From an uncultured Pseudomonadales bacterium (GTDB lineage Bacteria; Patescibacteriota; Microgenomatia; UBA1400; PJMF01), in contig CAYVXV010000002.1 of NCBI GenBank assembly GCA_964455555.1, positions 3,136 through 67,135 of the forward strand: a stretch of 64,000 nt of DNA, read 5' to 3'. Of this stretch, positions 19,560 through 30,748 are shown in pieces. The translations under genes were made by a program, and so were the position numbers. Below the pieces are notes generated by a model. That model was not told the origin of the DNA. It worked only from the letters and a program-made list of their open reading frames with translations, and searched no databases. How positions within the stretch are numbered: position 1 is the first letter of the stretch; each line of letters opens with the position of its first letter.

Positions 19560-19765
19560 AATTACAAAGCCTATGCCCGGGTGACGCCGGGCAGTCCGCA
19601 ATGCGGCATGGCTTCCGGGGTAGCAACCGGAACGGGTAAGCCCGTAAAAGCTGGAACGAGATACGCTGCTTTTTAAACAATGTCAGCGCAATAGAGGTGG
19701 CACCGCTTTCACCAGAGAGCCCTCTTACTATCATCTTTTAGGTGGTAGCAAGAGGGTTTTTAATT
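19560..19765 (+). promoter_or_regulatory. T-box riboswitch leader of aspS
   Basis: T-box sequence AAUAGAGGUGGCACCGCU (19690-19707); antiterminator A1 AGAGG/CCUCU with 7-nt bulge UGGCACC; competing terminator; GC-rich hairpins upstream; Asp codons GAC (19583-85) and GAU (19660-62) in loops. Confidence 0.75.
19720..19761 (+). terminator. T-box expression-platform intrinsic terminator (ccctcttactatca...tggtagcaagaggg + U5)
   Basis: ~14-bp interrupted stem followed by TTTTT; 5' arm overlaps antiterminator 3' strand. Confidence 0.75.
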
Positions 19766-19867
19766 ATTATAAGAGTAAATATTGTACTCAAATACAATTC
19801 TGGTGCAAACTTGTGAAATGTTGTGAAAATATTCGTGAAATATAAGAAATAATTATTAAAGGGTAAT

Positions 19868-21295
19868 ATGCAGGCAGAAAAAACTACCAAAACAATAAGA
19901 ACAATGATTTCTGAAACCAGCCGGTTGGCTGGCCAGACAGTTCTTCTTGAGGGCTGGGTTGAAACAAAGCGCGATCACGGCAAGCTCACCTTCATCGACT
20001 TGAGGGATAGGACTGGCATCGTCCAAATTGTCGGTTATCAAAAGATGGGTGAATTGACAACAGAATCGGTGATTAGAGTACATGGAGAAGTTAGAACCAG
20101 GCCGGAAAGAATGGTAAATCCCAACCTTCCGACAGGCACTGTAGAGATTGACGTTCAAGAATATGAGGCACTGAACACTGCCAAGGAGCTGCCTATTCCA
20201 ATTGATGACGATGGCTATGCAATTAATGAGGAAATGCGCTTAAAACACCGTTACCTAGACCTTCGCAGAGAAAGAATGAGAAAGAATCTGCGGCTTCGGT
20301 CAGAATACACCATGGCGCTTCGTGAACAGCTTGATGCAGAAAATTTTATCGAAGTGGAAACACCTATGCTGACAAAATCAACTAAGGAGGGATCCAGGGA
20401 CTTTGTGGTACCGTCCCGCCTTCAGCCAGGAAAGTTTTATGCACTGCCTCAGAGCCCGCAGCAATATAAGCAGCTGCTGATGACCGCAGGAGTCGAGCGC
20501 TATTTTCAATTTGCCCGTTGCATTAGGGATGAAGACCTAAGGGCAGACAGAGGTTTTGAGCATACTCAAATTGATTTGGAAATGAGCTTTGCCTCTAGGG
20601 AAGAAGTGATGGACTCAGTAGAAAAAATGGTGGTTGGGTCAATTAAAGCTGTTGGCGGCAGGCTTAAAGACGAAACCTTTCCGGTTTTTACCTATGCTGA
20701 AGCCATGGAAAAATTCGGGGCTGATAAATTTGATTTAAGAACCGAGGATGAAAAAGCAGGGGGCATCTTGTCTTTTGCTTGGGTTGTAGACTTTCCATTC
20801 TTTAAAGAAGTTGATAGAGACGACGCTGCAGAGGTTCAAGACAGTAAAAGCGGTTGGACCTTTACCCACAATCCATTCAGTATGCCGAAGCCTGAGTTTG
20901 TGGACCAGCATTTGGCTGGAAACAATATTGCCGAAATTCTAACCAGTCAGTACGACCTTGTTTGCAACGGTTTTGAGGCTGGTGGGGGCAGTATCCGCGC
21001 TCATAAACCGGAGATTCTTGAGGCTACTTTTAAAATTATGGGTTACTCTGAAGCAGAGATTAAAGAGAGCATTGGGCATATGCTGGAGGCTTTTGAGGTC
21101 GGCACTCCTCCTCATGGTGGCATAGCCCTGGGTCTGGACAGGTTGATTATGGTTTTGACCGGCGAGAGGTCGCTAAAGGAAGTTGTAGCTTTCCCGATGA
21201 GTTCTTCCGGGCGTACAGCAGTTATGGATGCACCGGGACCTGTTTCTCAAGAACAGCTTCAAGAACTGAGCCTTAAGATTGTCGAAAAAAGCTAG
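19868..21295 (+). CDS. aspS: Aspartyl-tRNA synthetase, short archaeal/eukaryal-type (no GAD insertion)
   Basis: N-terminal OB fold, QSPQQYKQLLM, motif 2 FRDEDLRADRGFEHTQID, motif 3 GGGSIRAH...GLDRL. Confidence 0.85.
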   Translation: MQAEKTTKTIRTMISETSRLAGQTVLLEGWVETKRDHGKLTFIDLRDRTGIVQIVGYQKMGELTTESVIRVHGEVRTRPERMVNPNLPTGTVEIDVQEYEALNTAKELPIPIDDDGYAINEEMRLKHRYLDLRRERMRKNLRLRSEYTMALREQLDAENFIEVETPMLTKSTKEGSRDFVVPSRLQPGKFYALPQSPQQYKQLLMTAGVERYFQFARCIRDEDLRADRGFEHTQIDLEMSFASREEVMDSVEKMVVGSIKAVGGRLKDETFPVFTYAEAMEKFGADKFDLRTEDEKAGGILSFAWVVDFPFFKEVDRDDAAEVQDSKSGWTFTHNPFSMPKPEFVDQHLAGNNIAEILTSQYDLVCNGFEAGGGSIRAHKPEILEATFKIMGYSEAEIKESIGHMLEAFEVGTPPHGGIALGLDRLIMVLTGERSLKEVVAFPMSSSGRTAVMDAPGPVSQEQLQELSLKIVEKS

Positions 21296-21311
21296 TGTAA
21301 GCCAAAGTAGG

Positions 21312-21339
21312 TTGACAAACCAATGAACTAGACTGTAAT
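21312..21339 (+). promoter_or_regulatory. Candidate promoter TTGACA-N16-TGTAAT upstream of carboxypeptidase gene
   Basis: Consensus -35, 5/6 -10; very short leader so uncertain. Confidence 0.3.
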
Positions 21340-21357
21340 TCAGTGTAGAATAATACA

Positions 21358-22497
21358 GTGTTGACTACCCGCCTTAAAACTACTGATCTTGGCAAAACAG
21401 ACAGACTTCATCAGCTTAAGATTCTTAAAGCTAAAAAGTATCTTTCCCGCCGTTTTATCGTTATTAAGCAGGATAGGTTTAGTAGACTACGTATCGACCA
21501 GATTGTGAGTGTGGCATCAATTGCCATTGTTTTGATTGCGTATGGCAGCATTATGGGTGAGACGGAGAAGTCACCAATCATTTTTCCATTAACCTCTGAG
21601 GTTTTCTCTGTACCCACTCATCAGGTTCCGATCCATCGCTCGCAGGCGGGAGAACTATTAATTGCCTCAGAAGAACTGGAACCGGCAAGCGGGTCTGCAC
21701 AATCCTATTTGAGAGAGTCTTTGTATAACCAATTAGAGCAAGATCAAAATCTATTAACCGCCAGCGCAGCTGCGTTAATAGACCTGGGTTCACAAGCAAT
21801 CTTGTACGAAAAGAATATCTCTGACCGTCTGTTGCCCGCTTCAACCACCAAATTAATGACCGCAATTGTAGCCAGAGAACTTTTTTCTCTTGACGATCTT
21901 GTCTTTATTGAGGCTACAACACCAAGGGAAAATGAAACAGTCATTTTCTATCAAGGTGAGGCCTTAACTGTTGATGATTTGCTTAAAGCTATGTTAATCC
22001 AATCCAGCAATAAAGCTGCATTATTGCTTACCGAACTCCATCCGCAAGGGCATGAGGGTTTTCTGTCAGCAATGAATGAGAAAGCCAGGGAATACAGACT
22101 GGAGGATACAAATTTTGAAAATGTTGTTGGCTACGACAGTTTAGGACAGGTTTCATCAGCTCATGACCTGGTAGAACTTAGTAGAATTTTTATGTCTGAT
22201 CCTATTTTAAGAGAAATAGTAGGCCTTAAAAGCACTGTTATCAACAAATCGGAAAACTATAGCCATCAGCTCTACACCACTCATTACCTATTGGCTAGAA
22301 ACCCGTTTGTAGTTGGTATTAAAACCGGAACTACTTTGGGCGCCGGCGAAGTTCTGATTACTCAGATTGAGCGCGATGAAAAAAAACTGCTGGTAATCCT
22401 ACTTGGCAGCAAGGACCGCTACAATGAAACGGAGTTGCTGATTAATTGGGCTCTCGATAGATTTGTCTGGCTTACAATTGATGATTTAGAAAGCTAG
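21358..22497 (+). CDS. Serine-type D-Ala-D-Ala carboxypeptidase (peptidase S11, PBP5-like), GTG start
   Basis: SxxK ASTTK, SxN IQSSNKAA, KTG IKTGTT motifs; N-terminal membrane anchor. Confidence 0.75.
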   Translation: MLTTRLKTTDLGKTDRLHQLKILKAKKYLSRRFIVIKQDRFSRLRIDQIVSVASIAIVLIAYGSIMGETEKSPIIFPLTSEVFSVPTHQVPIHRSQAGELLIASEELEPASGSAQSYLRESLYNQLEQDQNLLTASAAALIDLGSQAILYEKNISDRLLPASTTKLMTAIVARELFSLDDLVFIEATTPRENETVIFYQGEALTVDDLLKAMLIQSSNKAALLLTELHPQGHEGFLSAMNEKAREYRLEDTNFENVVGYDSLGQVSSAHDLVELSRIFMSDPILREIVGLKSTVINKSENYSHQLYTTHYLLARNPFVVGIKTGTTLGAGEVLITQIERDEKKLLVILLGSKDRYNETELLINWALDRFVWLTIDDLES

Positions 22498-22558
22498 GTG
22501 TTATACTCAGACTATTGTTAAGGAGCCAGCCCGCATTATTAATTAATTCTGTCTGTAT

Positions 22559-23851
22559 ATGAATGTAACTGTAATTGGCACGGGGTTTGTGGGGGTTGTT
22601 ACCGCTGCTGTATTAGCCTCTTTTAAAAACAAAGTAATCGGTCTTGATATTGATGAGAATAAAGTGGCTGCGCTCCGCCAGGGAAAAGTGCCATTTTATG
22701 AACCAGAGCTTGAAGAGTTGCTGCTCTCTGAACAAGACAAGGGTTTTCTTTCATTTACTACAGATTATCAGTCAGCTATCAAGGATACAGAAGTCATACT
22801 AATAGCGGTGGGCACACCTTCAACCTCTGAAGGCAAAGCTGATATGAGCTATGTATTTTCTGCCTGTGAGTCTCTGGCTCCACATCTTAAAGATGATGCA
22901 ATTGTGGTTGTAAAATCCACTGTGCCTCCAGGAACTCTTGAAAAAGTCAAAGAAATTATTTCTCAAAAATCAGATAAGTCTTTTAAACTGGCTTCAGTGC
23001 CTGAGTTTCTCAGGGAGGGGCATGCGGTTAGTGATACCTTGCGCCCAAATCGGGTAGTCATAGGTGCTAGTGAGGAAGATGTTTTTACCAAACTTGAGGA
23101 GCTGCACGCTCCTTTTAAGGCTCCGGTGGTCAGGGTTTCGCCGGAGTCGGCGCAATTGGCTAAATATGCTGCCAACGCCTATCTGGCAATGCGGATTACT
23201 TTTATTAATCAAATCTCAGATCTATGTGAGCAAAATGGAGCTGTTGTTGATGATATCGTTGAAGCAATAGGATATGACGAAAGAATTGGCAGCCATTATT
23301 GGTATCCTGGATTCGGTTATGGAGGATCCTGTTTCCCCAAAGATGTCCGTGAGCTTGCTTATTATTCAAGAACCATTGGTTTGGGTGATAATTTGTTTAA
23401 CAAAATTCATGAGTTAAACGAACTTCGCATCCCTGCCCTAATGAACCAGATTGAAAGTGCGGTCGGAGGCTGGCAGGGCAAAAAAGCAGCTGTTTTAGGG
23501 TTGGCCTTCAAACCAAATACAGATGACATGCGTGAGGCACCCAGTATTAAGGTTGTGCCTGAACTGATTAATGCCGGTGCTGAAGTTGCAGGCTACGACC
23601 CAAAGGCGCTGGATAACGCAAAACACTACTTTTCGAAGCTAGAAAACATCAGGTTATTTGACCGGGTAGATGATGCATTGGAGGAAGCAGATATTATATT
23701 CGCTCTGGTTGAATGGCCCGAGATCGTGAAACATGAGTTTTCACAAGCAAAGATAGCAGGTAAAGATCAGTGGTTTGTGGATGCCCGCAATCAATTTAAC
23801 AAGGAAGAGATAGAAAAAATCGGCTATAAATATATTGGCATTGGAAGATAA
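22559..23851 (+). CDS. ugd: UDP-glucose/GDP-mannose 6-dehydrogenase family nucleotide-sugar dehydrogenase
   Basis: N-terminal Rossmann VIGTGFVGV, catalytic GGSCFPKDV. Confidence 0.8.
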   Translation: MNVTVIGTGFVGVVTAAVLASFKNKVIGLDIDENKVAALRQGKVPFYEPELEELLLSEQDKGFLSFTTDYQSAIKDTEVILIAVGTPSTSEGKADMSYVFSACESLAPHLKDDAIVVVKSTVPPGTLEKVKEIISQKSDKSFKLASVPEFLREGHAVSDTLRPNRVVIGASEEDVFTKLEELHAPFKAPVVRVSPESAQLAKYAANAYLAMRITFINQISDLCEQNGAVVDDIVEAIGYDERIGSHYWYPGFGYGGSCFPKDVRELAYYSRTIGLGDNLFNKIHELNELRIPALMNQIESAVGGWQGKKAAVLGLAFKPNTDDMREAPSIKVVPELINAGAEVAGYDPKALDNAKHYFSKLENIRLFDRVDDALEEADIIFALVEWPEIVKHEFSQAKIAGKDQWFVDARNQFNKEEIEKIGYKYIGIGR

Positions 23852-23854
23852 ATT

Positions 23855-24829
23855 ATGGAAGCAAATAATAATCTTAAAATTTTAGTCACAGGCGGAACAG
23901 GCTTTGCAGGAACTCACCTAATTTATGAGCTCAAGCAGCAGGGGTACACAAACATTCACAGCACCTCATATGGCTTACTGCCGGAAAATTTAACAGAGCT
24001 TCTGCCTGAAGAGAATTTTCACAAGCTGGACCTTACCAATGCAGAGGCAACTGAACAGCTAATTAAAGACCTAAAACCAAATCATATTTATCATCTGGCA
24101 TCCTTCGCCTTTGTTGGCGAGAGTTTTGCCAGGGCTCACGAGGTATTTGGCAACAACATCAATCTTCAGGTAAACATTCTGGAGGCCGTGAGAAAATACT
24201 CGCCGGAATCAAGGATATTAATCATCGGTTCTGGTGAGGAGTATGGTGTAAGTGAGAGCGATGATGAGCTTCCTATAAAAGAAGATCATCCGCTTCGCCC
24301 GGTCAATCCTTACGCAGTTTCTAAGGTAACACAAGATTTATTAGCATACTCATACAGTATTTCTTTTGGATTGCAGGTTCTTAGGGTTAGGCCGTTTAAT
24401 CATATTGGTGAAGGCCAGTCGACAGACTTTGTTGTGCCGGCATTTGTCAGCCAAATTGTTGCCATAGAGAACGGTAGGCAAGAAGAGCTAAAAGCTGGTA
24501 GCCTTGAGGCAGCCAGAGACTTCTCTGATGTGAAGGATGTGGTTAAGGCTTACATTAGAGTTATGGAGAAGGGCAAAGTGAATGAGGTTTATAACATCGG
24601 CAGCGGGACAGGAATAAAGCTATCCGATCTATTTGAGATGATGAAAAGCATGACTGACGTCCCAGTCTCGGTTCAACAAGACAAAACTAGGATGCGCCCT
24701 CTGGACGTTCCGGTCATTATTGCTGATATCAGCAAGATCAGCCAGTTAGGTTGGTCGCCTGACATCCCCTTAGAGAAAACATTAGAACGCATATTTGCTT
24801 GGTATCGAGCTCAAGCAGACAATTTGTAG
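23855..24829 (+). CDS. NAD-dependent epimerase/dehydratase, probable GDP-4-keto-6-deoxy-D-mannose reductase (Rmd/Fcl-like)
   Basis: ILVTGGTGFAGTHL Rossmann, YxxxK region; immediately upstream of gmd. Confidence 0.55.
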   Translation: MEANNNLKILVTGGTGFAGTHLIYELKQQGYTNIHSTSYGLLPENLTELLPEENFHKLDLTNAEATEQLIKDLKPNHIYHLASFAFVGESFARAHEVFGNNINLQVNILEAVRKYSPESRILIIGSGEEYGVSESDDELPIKEDHPLRPVNPYAVSKVTQDLLAYSYSISFGLQVLRVRPFNHIGEGQSTDFVVPAFVSQIVAIENGRQEELKAGSLEAARDFSDVKDVVKAYIRVMEKGKVNEVYNIGSGTGIKLSDLFEMMKSMTDVPVSVQQDKTRMRPLDVPVIIADISKISQLGWSPDIPLEKTLERIFAWYRAQADNL

Positions 24830-24837
24830 TAATATAG

Positions 24838-27029
<2,192 letters not shown>

Positions 27030-28630
27030 TCCGTCTGGGAATAATAATTTAAATATGCCTGCATTGTTCAAGAAAGTGACCAGGAAAATAAAAGGTTTCA
27101 GCAAGGCTGATTGGCTGGCTTTAGCGTTAGTAATTGTTGCAGCCGCCCTAAGGTTTTACAACCTCGAAAATTCTCAGCAGTTCTTGGGGGATCAGGGAAG
27201 AGATTCCTTGGTAGTGTCAAGAATATTTACTGAAAGAGACCCTGTTCTGATTGGGCCGGTAACCAGCATAGGCAATATGTACTTAGGGCCCTTTTACTAT
27301 TATTTCATGCTGCCGACTCTTTGGCTCTCCTACCCAAGCCCCATGGGGCCAATTTATGCTATGGCTTTAGTCGGTTCTTTCACGGTTGGCCTGATTTATT
27401 TGTTGGGAAAGCGGATGCTTGGCACGAGAGCAGCATTGTTTGCCACAGCCTTTCTAACCTTATCAAGTTTGGCAATCACTTTTACGCGTTTTAGCTGGAA
27501 TCCAAATCCGGCCCCATTGTTTAGCTTACTTCTTGTGTTTTTTACCTACAAAGCCTGGAAGGACAATCACCGCTATTGGATAGCAGCAGCAGCCTCAATG
27601 AGTATCTTGATGCAGCTTCACTACGTGACACTCTTGGCATTTGGCGGATTTGGTGTGATCTGGCTGTTGAACTTGAGGGAAATTATTAGTAAAAAAAATC
27701 AATTGGCAGCCTTTGTTAAAAGCACTCTGTTGGCAGCTGGAGTGCTGCTTTTATCTTTAACGCCTCAATTATTATTTGATATAAGGCATGATTGGCTTAA
27801 CCTTAATGCCTTTAAAAACATGTTTGTTAAAGAGGATGCCTTTCAGGCTTCTAGCAGCCCGGGCTTGTTAAACCGAATGACAGACCTTCTATTGAGTTTT
27901 CGCAGCCGGGCTTCTTTGTTGTTTGTTAAGGTCGGCTTTCGGGTAGATATTGCTTGGAGATTCTGGCTGATCGTTGCCAGTGGTTTGTTTGCAATTTTCA
28001 TATGGGTTGACAATAAAGCTATAAAAAATTCCACCAAAGACAAAAAAGCTTTTATTACACTTGTGTCGTACATTTTGTTTTCCATCATTGGCTTATCCTT
28101 ATATGCGCAGCCAATTTATGAGCACTATGTTTTGTTTATTCTTCCAGTTACCTTTTTATTGTATGGCTGGTTGTTAGACAAGCTGGCGCTCCGCTTTGCT
28201 AAAACAGGCGCGATAGTTGCAGCCGTTAGTATGAGTGCCTTTATTTTTTACAATTTTCAGTTCATGCCACTCCAGGATGCTGGTTGGAAAATCAGCGACA
28301 TAGAAAGAACAGCAACAGAGATTAATAAACGAGTAATTCCAGGAGAGAAATACAATATTGTATTACTTGCAGAATCGAGGGACCTCTATGGTCAGAACTA
28401 CAGATACTTTTTAAGCACTTATCATGGGAGCAAGCCCGTGGATCCGGAGCGCGAGGTAGAGGTGGAAACCCTATTTATCATAAATGAGGAGAGGAAAGTT
28501 GAAGATGTTACAGAGCTGCCTATATATCAGATTCAAATCTTTCCTAATAAAGAACCCGTTGAGGTGTTTTCAATACCCGATGGTCCTGAGATTACATTAT
28601 TAAGAAGCAGTTCTCAAACAGAATGAAAAG

Positions 28631-29419
28631 TTGGCGCTGCCGGTTATTAAGTGTATGATAACTACCATGAAGCCCTATTTGTCTGTTGTCGTCCCATCCT
28701 ACAACGAAAAAACCAACCTGAAGAGAGGTGTGCTTGAGGAAATGATCGGATACCTCAACCAGCAGAGCTATTCTTGGGAAGTGATACTCAGCGATGACGG
28801 CTCTACAGATGGAACAGTGAAACAACTTAGAGATTTTGCCGGCAAACATGAAAAAGTGACAGTTTTGGAAAACGTGCATGCTGGAAAGGCACCAACCGTG
28901 AGTGCCGGAATGCTTAAGGCTACAGGAGAATGGCGGCTTTTCACTGATTTTGATCAGTCAACACCAATCAGTGAGGTGAAAAAACTTCTAGAGTATGTTG
29001 GCAGAGGTCCGGAAGTTGTAATCGGCTCAAGAGAAATGGTTGGTGCCCTCAGGGATAAAGAGCCCTTTCACAGGCACCTAATGGGAAGGGGCTTTAATAT
29101 TTTGGTTCAAATATTAGCTTTGCCAGGGATTCTTGATACTCAATGCGGCTTTAAGCTTTTTTCAGATAAAGCTGCAACAACTTTATTTCCAAAACTTTTT
29201 GTCTACGGAGGCCAGACCGAGCGCCGCGATGCTTTTACTGGTGCTTTTGATGTGGAGTTATTATTTCTAGCAAAGAAATTTGGTTTTCAAATCAGAGAAG
29301 TGCCAATTTTATGGAAGCACAACGCATCGGATAGAGTCAGCCCTGTAAAGGATTCGCTTAGAATGCTTAGGGATATCCTAAAAATCAGGGTCTCAGATCT
29401 TAGGGGCAAGTACAATTAA
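28631..29419 (+). CDS. GT2 polyprenol-phosphate sugar synthase (DPM1-like), soluble form
   Basis: LSVVVPSYNEKTNL, ILSDDGSTDGT, FTDFDQS (DxD). Confidence 0.75.
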   Translation: MALPVIKCMITTMKPYLSVVVPSYNEKTNLKRGVLEEMIGYLNQQSYSWEVILSDDGSTDGTVKQLRDFAGKHEKVTVLENVHAGKAPTVSAGMLKATGEWRLFTDFDQSTPISEVKKLLEYVGRGPEVVIGSREMVGALRDKEPFHRHLMGRGFNILVQILALPGILDTQCGFKLFSDKAATTLFPKLFVYGGQTERRDAFTGAFDVELLFLAKKFGFQIREVPILWKHNASDRVSPVKDSLRMLRDILKIRVSDLRGKYN

Positions 29420-29422
29420 GCT

Positions 29423-30736
29423 ATGATTATTCGGCGACTGCCTTTTTTGGCTGCCATATATTTCTTTGTATTATTTGCTTACTCAGTTTTTACCTACACA
29501 TTTACAGATCCAAACTTAGTTCTCACTTCCTTTCAACCCTACTGGAATTTTCAAGTCTGGATGTGGCAGGTGTTTTACTCCAACCGCCCTCTGACATCTT
29601 TGGTTTATACAGGCCTGATTACAGCTTTGTTGGTCGCATATGTTCTTATTTATAAACAATTAAAGCTTCAAAAACCTAAAATAAGTTGGATGAGGCAAGT
29701 GGGTATAATGTTGCTCTTAATTTCTCCACTACTGATTTCCTACAACGCATTGTCGCATGATGTTTTTAATTACATCTTTAATGCCCGCATGGTTGTTGAG
29801 TACCAGCAAAATCCTCATGTAACTACAGCCCTGCAATTCCCAGACGACTTATGGACCAGGTTTATGCACAATACTCATACGGCTGCGCCTTATGGACAAG
29901 GTTGGACGGCTTTGTCATTAGCGCCGTATATTTTAGGAATGGGCAGATTTCTGCCCACCTGGTTATTGTTTAGAATATTCATGCTGGTCAGCTATGCAGC
30001 ACTGTTTTTCGCAGTGAGATATTTTCATCAGCTGCTATATCGGAAACCACTGCAGGCTGAAAAAGCAGCGCTGCTGTTTTTAAACCCTTTGTTTGCAATT
30101 GAGATTATCAGCAATATGCATAACGACCTATGGATGATGGTTCCCGCTGTCTTTGGCTTGGCTCTGATGGTGAAATACAACCTGGCAGAAGAAAAAGAGA
30201 TGGACAGGCGTCATCTGGCTATGGGAATAATATTAATACTTATTTCTATAGCAGTTAAACTGGTCACAGTTGTTTTGCTGCCTTTAGTATTAATATTATT
30301 GTTATTAGGGTTTCCAGCGAAAAATATCCAGAATAATTTGGTGCCAGCCGGTAGCCTAATTAACTTGGAGCTGATGATAGGCTCGTTTAAAAAGTGGTTG
30401 GTTCAATTTGTTCCGGCAGCTGCAGCATTTTTACTACTTATACCCTTATTTCTCGAGGGCTCAAAAAGGTTTCATCCTTGGTATCTAAGCTGGGCGTTTG
30501 TATTTCTGCCTTTGCTTATGTTTGCGCCCCTAAAACATATTTTGCTAATTTTCAGTTTCAGCTCACTTTTCAGATACTTGCCTTGGATATATCAAAATGG
30601 CTATACAAATGAAGTGTTAGTCAAACAGCAGCTAATTACCTGGCTTCCGGTAATTCTATATCTCATTATCCGGCTGGTAAATTTTAGTTCTAATCCCGGC
30701 CGTTATTTGCGTTCACTCGCGGGCAACAAACACTGA
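29423..30736 (+). CDS. Polytopic membrane protein (437 aa), possible glycosyltransferase/polymerase
   Basis: ~11 predicted TM helices; within glycan locus. Confidence 0.45.
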   Translation: MIIRRLPFLAAIYFFVLFAYSVFTYTFTDPNLVLTSFQPYWNFQVWMWQVFYSNRPLTSLVYTGLITALLVAYVLIYKQLKLQKPKISWMRQVGIMLLLISPLLISYNALSHDVFNYIFNARMVVEYQQNPHVTTALQFPDDLWTRFMHNTHTAAPYGQGWTALSLAPYILGMGRFLPTWLLFRIFMLVSYAALFFAVRYFHQLLYRKPLQAEKAALLFLNPLFAIEIISNMHNDLWMMVPAVFGLALMVKYNLAEEKEMDRRHLAMGIILILISIAVKLVTVVLLPLVLILLLLGFPAKNIQNNLVPAGSLINLELMIGSFKKWLVQFVPAAAAFLLLIPLFLEGSKRFHPWYLSWAFVFLPLLMFAPLKHILLIFSFSSLFRYLPWIYQNGYTNEVLVKQQLITWLPVILYLIIRLVNFSSNPGRYLRSLAGNKH

Positions 30737-30748
30737 TACAATAATTTT

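Noticed and set aside
19522-19734. 70-aa minus-strand ORF from the six-frame track lying over the T-box leader
   Set aside because: It overlaps a structured regulatory RNA and has no RBS or promoter logic. It is most likely spurious.
19560-19765. Considered RNase P RNA, SRP RNA, 6S RNA or tmRNA for the GC-rich hairpin cluster upstream of aspS
   Set aside because: It has no RNase P CR-I/CR-V blocks, no SRP GGAAG...AGCAG domain IV, and no tRNA-like ends with a tag ORF. It does have the T-box motif, the UGGN bulge and a competing terminator in front of an aminoacyl-tRNA synthetase gene, which fit a T-box leader far better.
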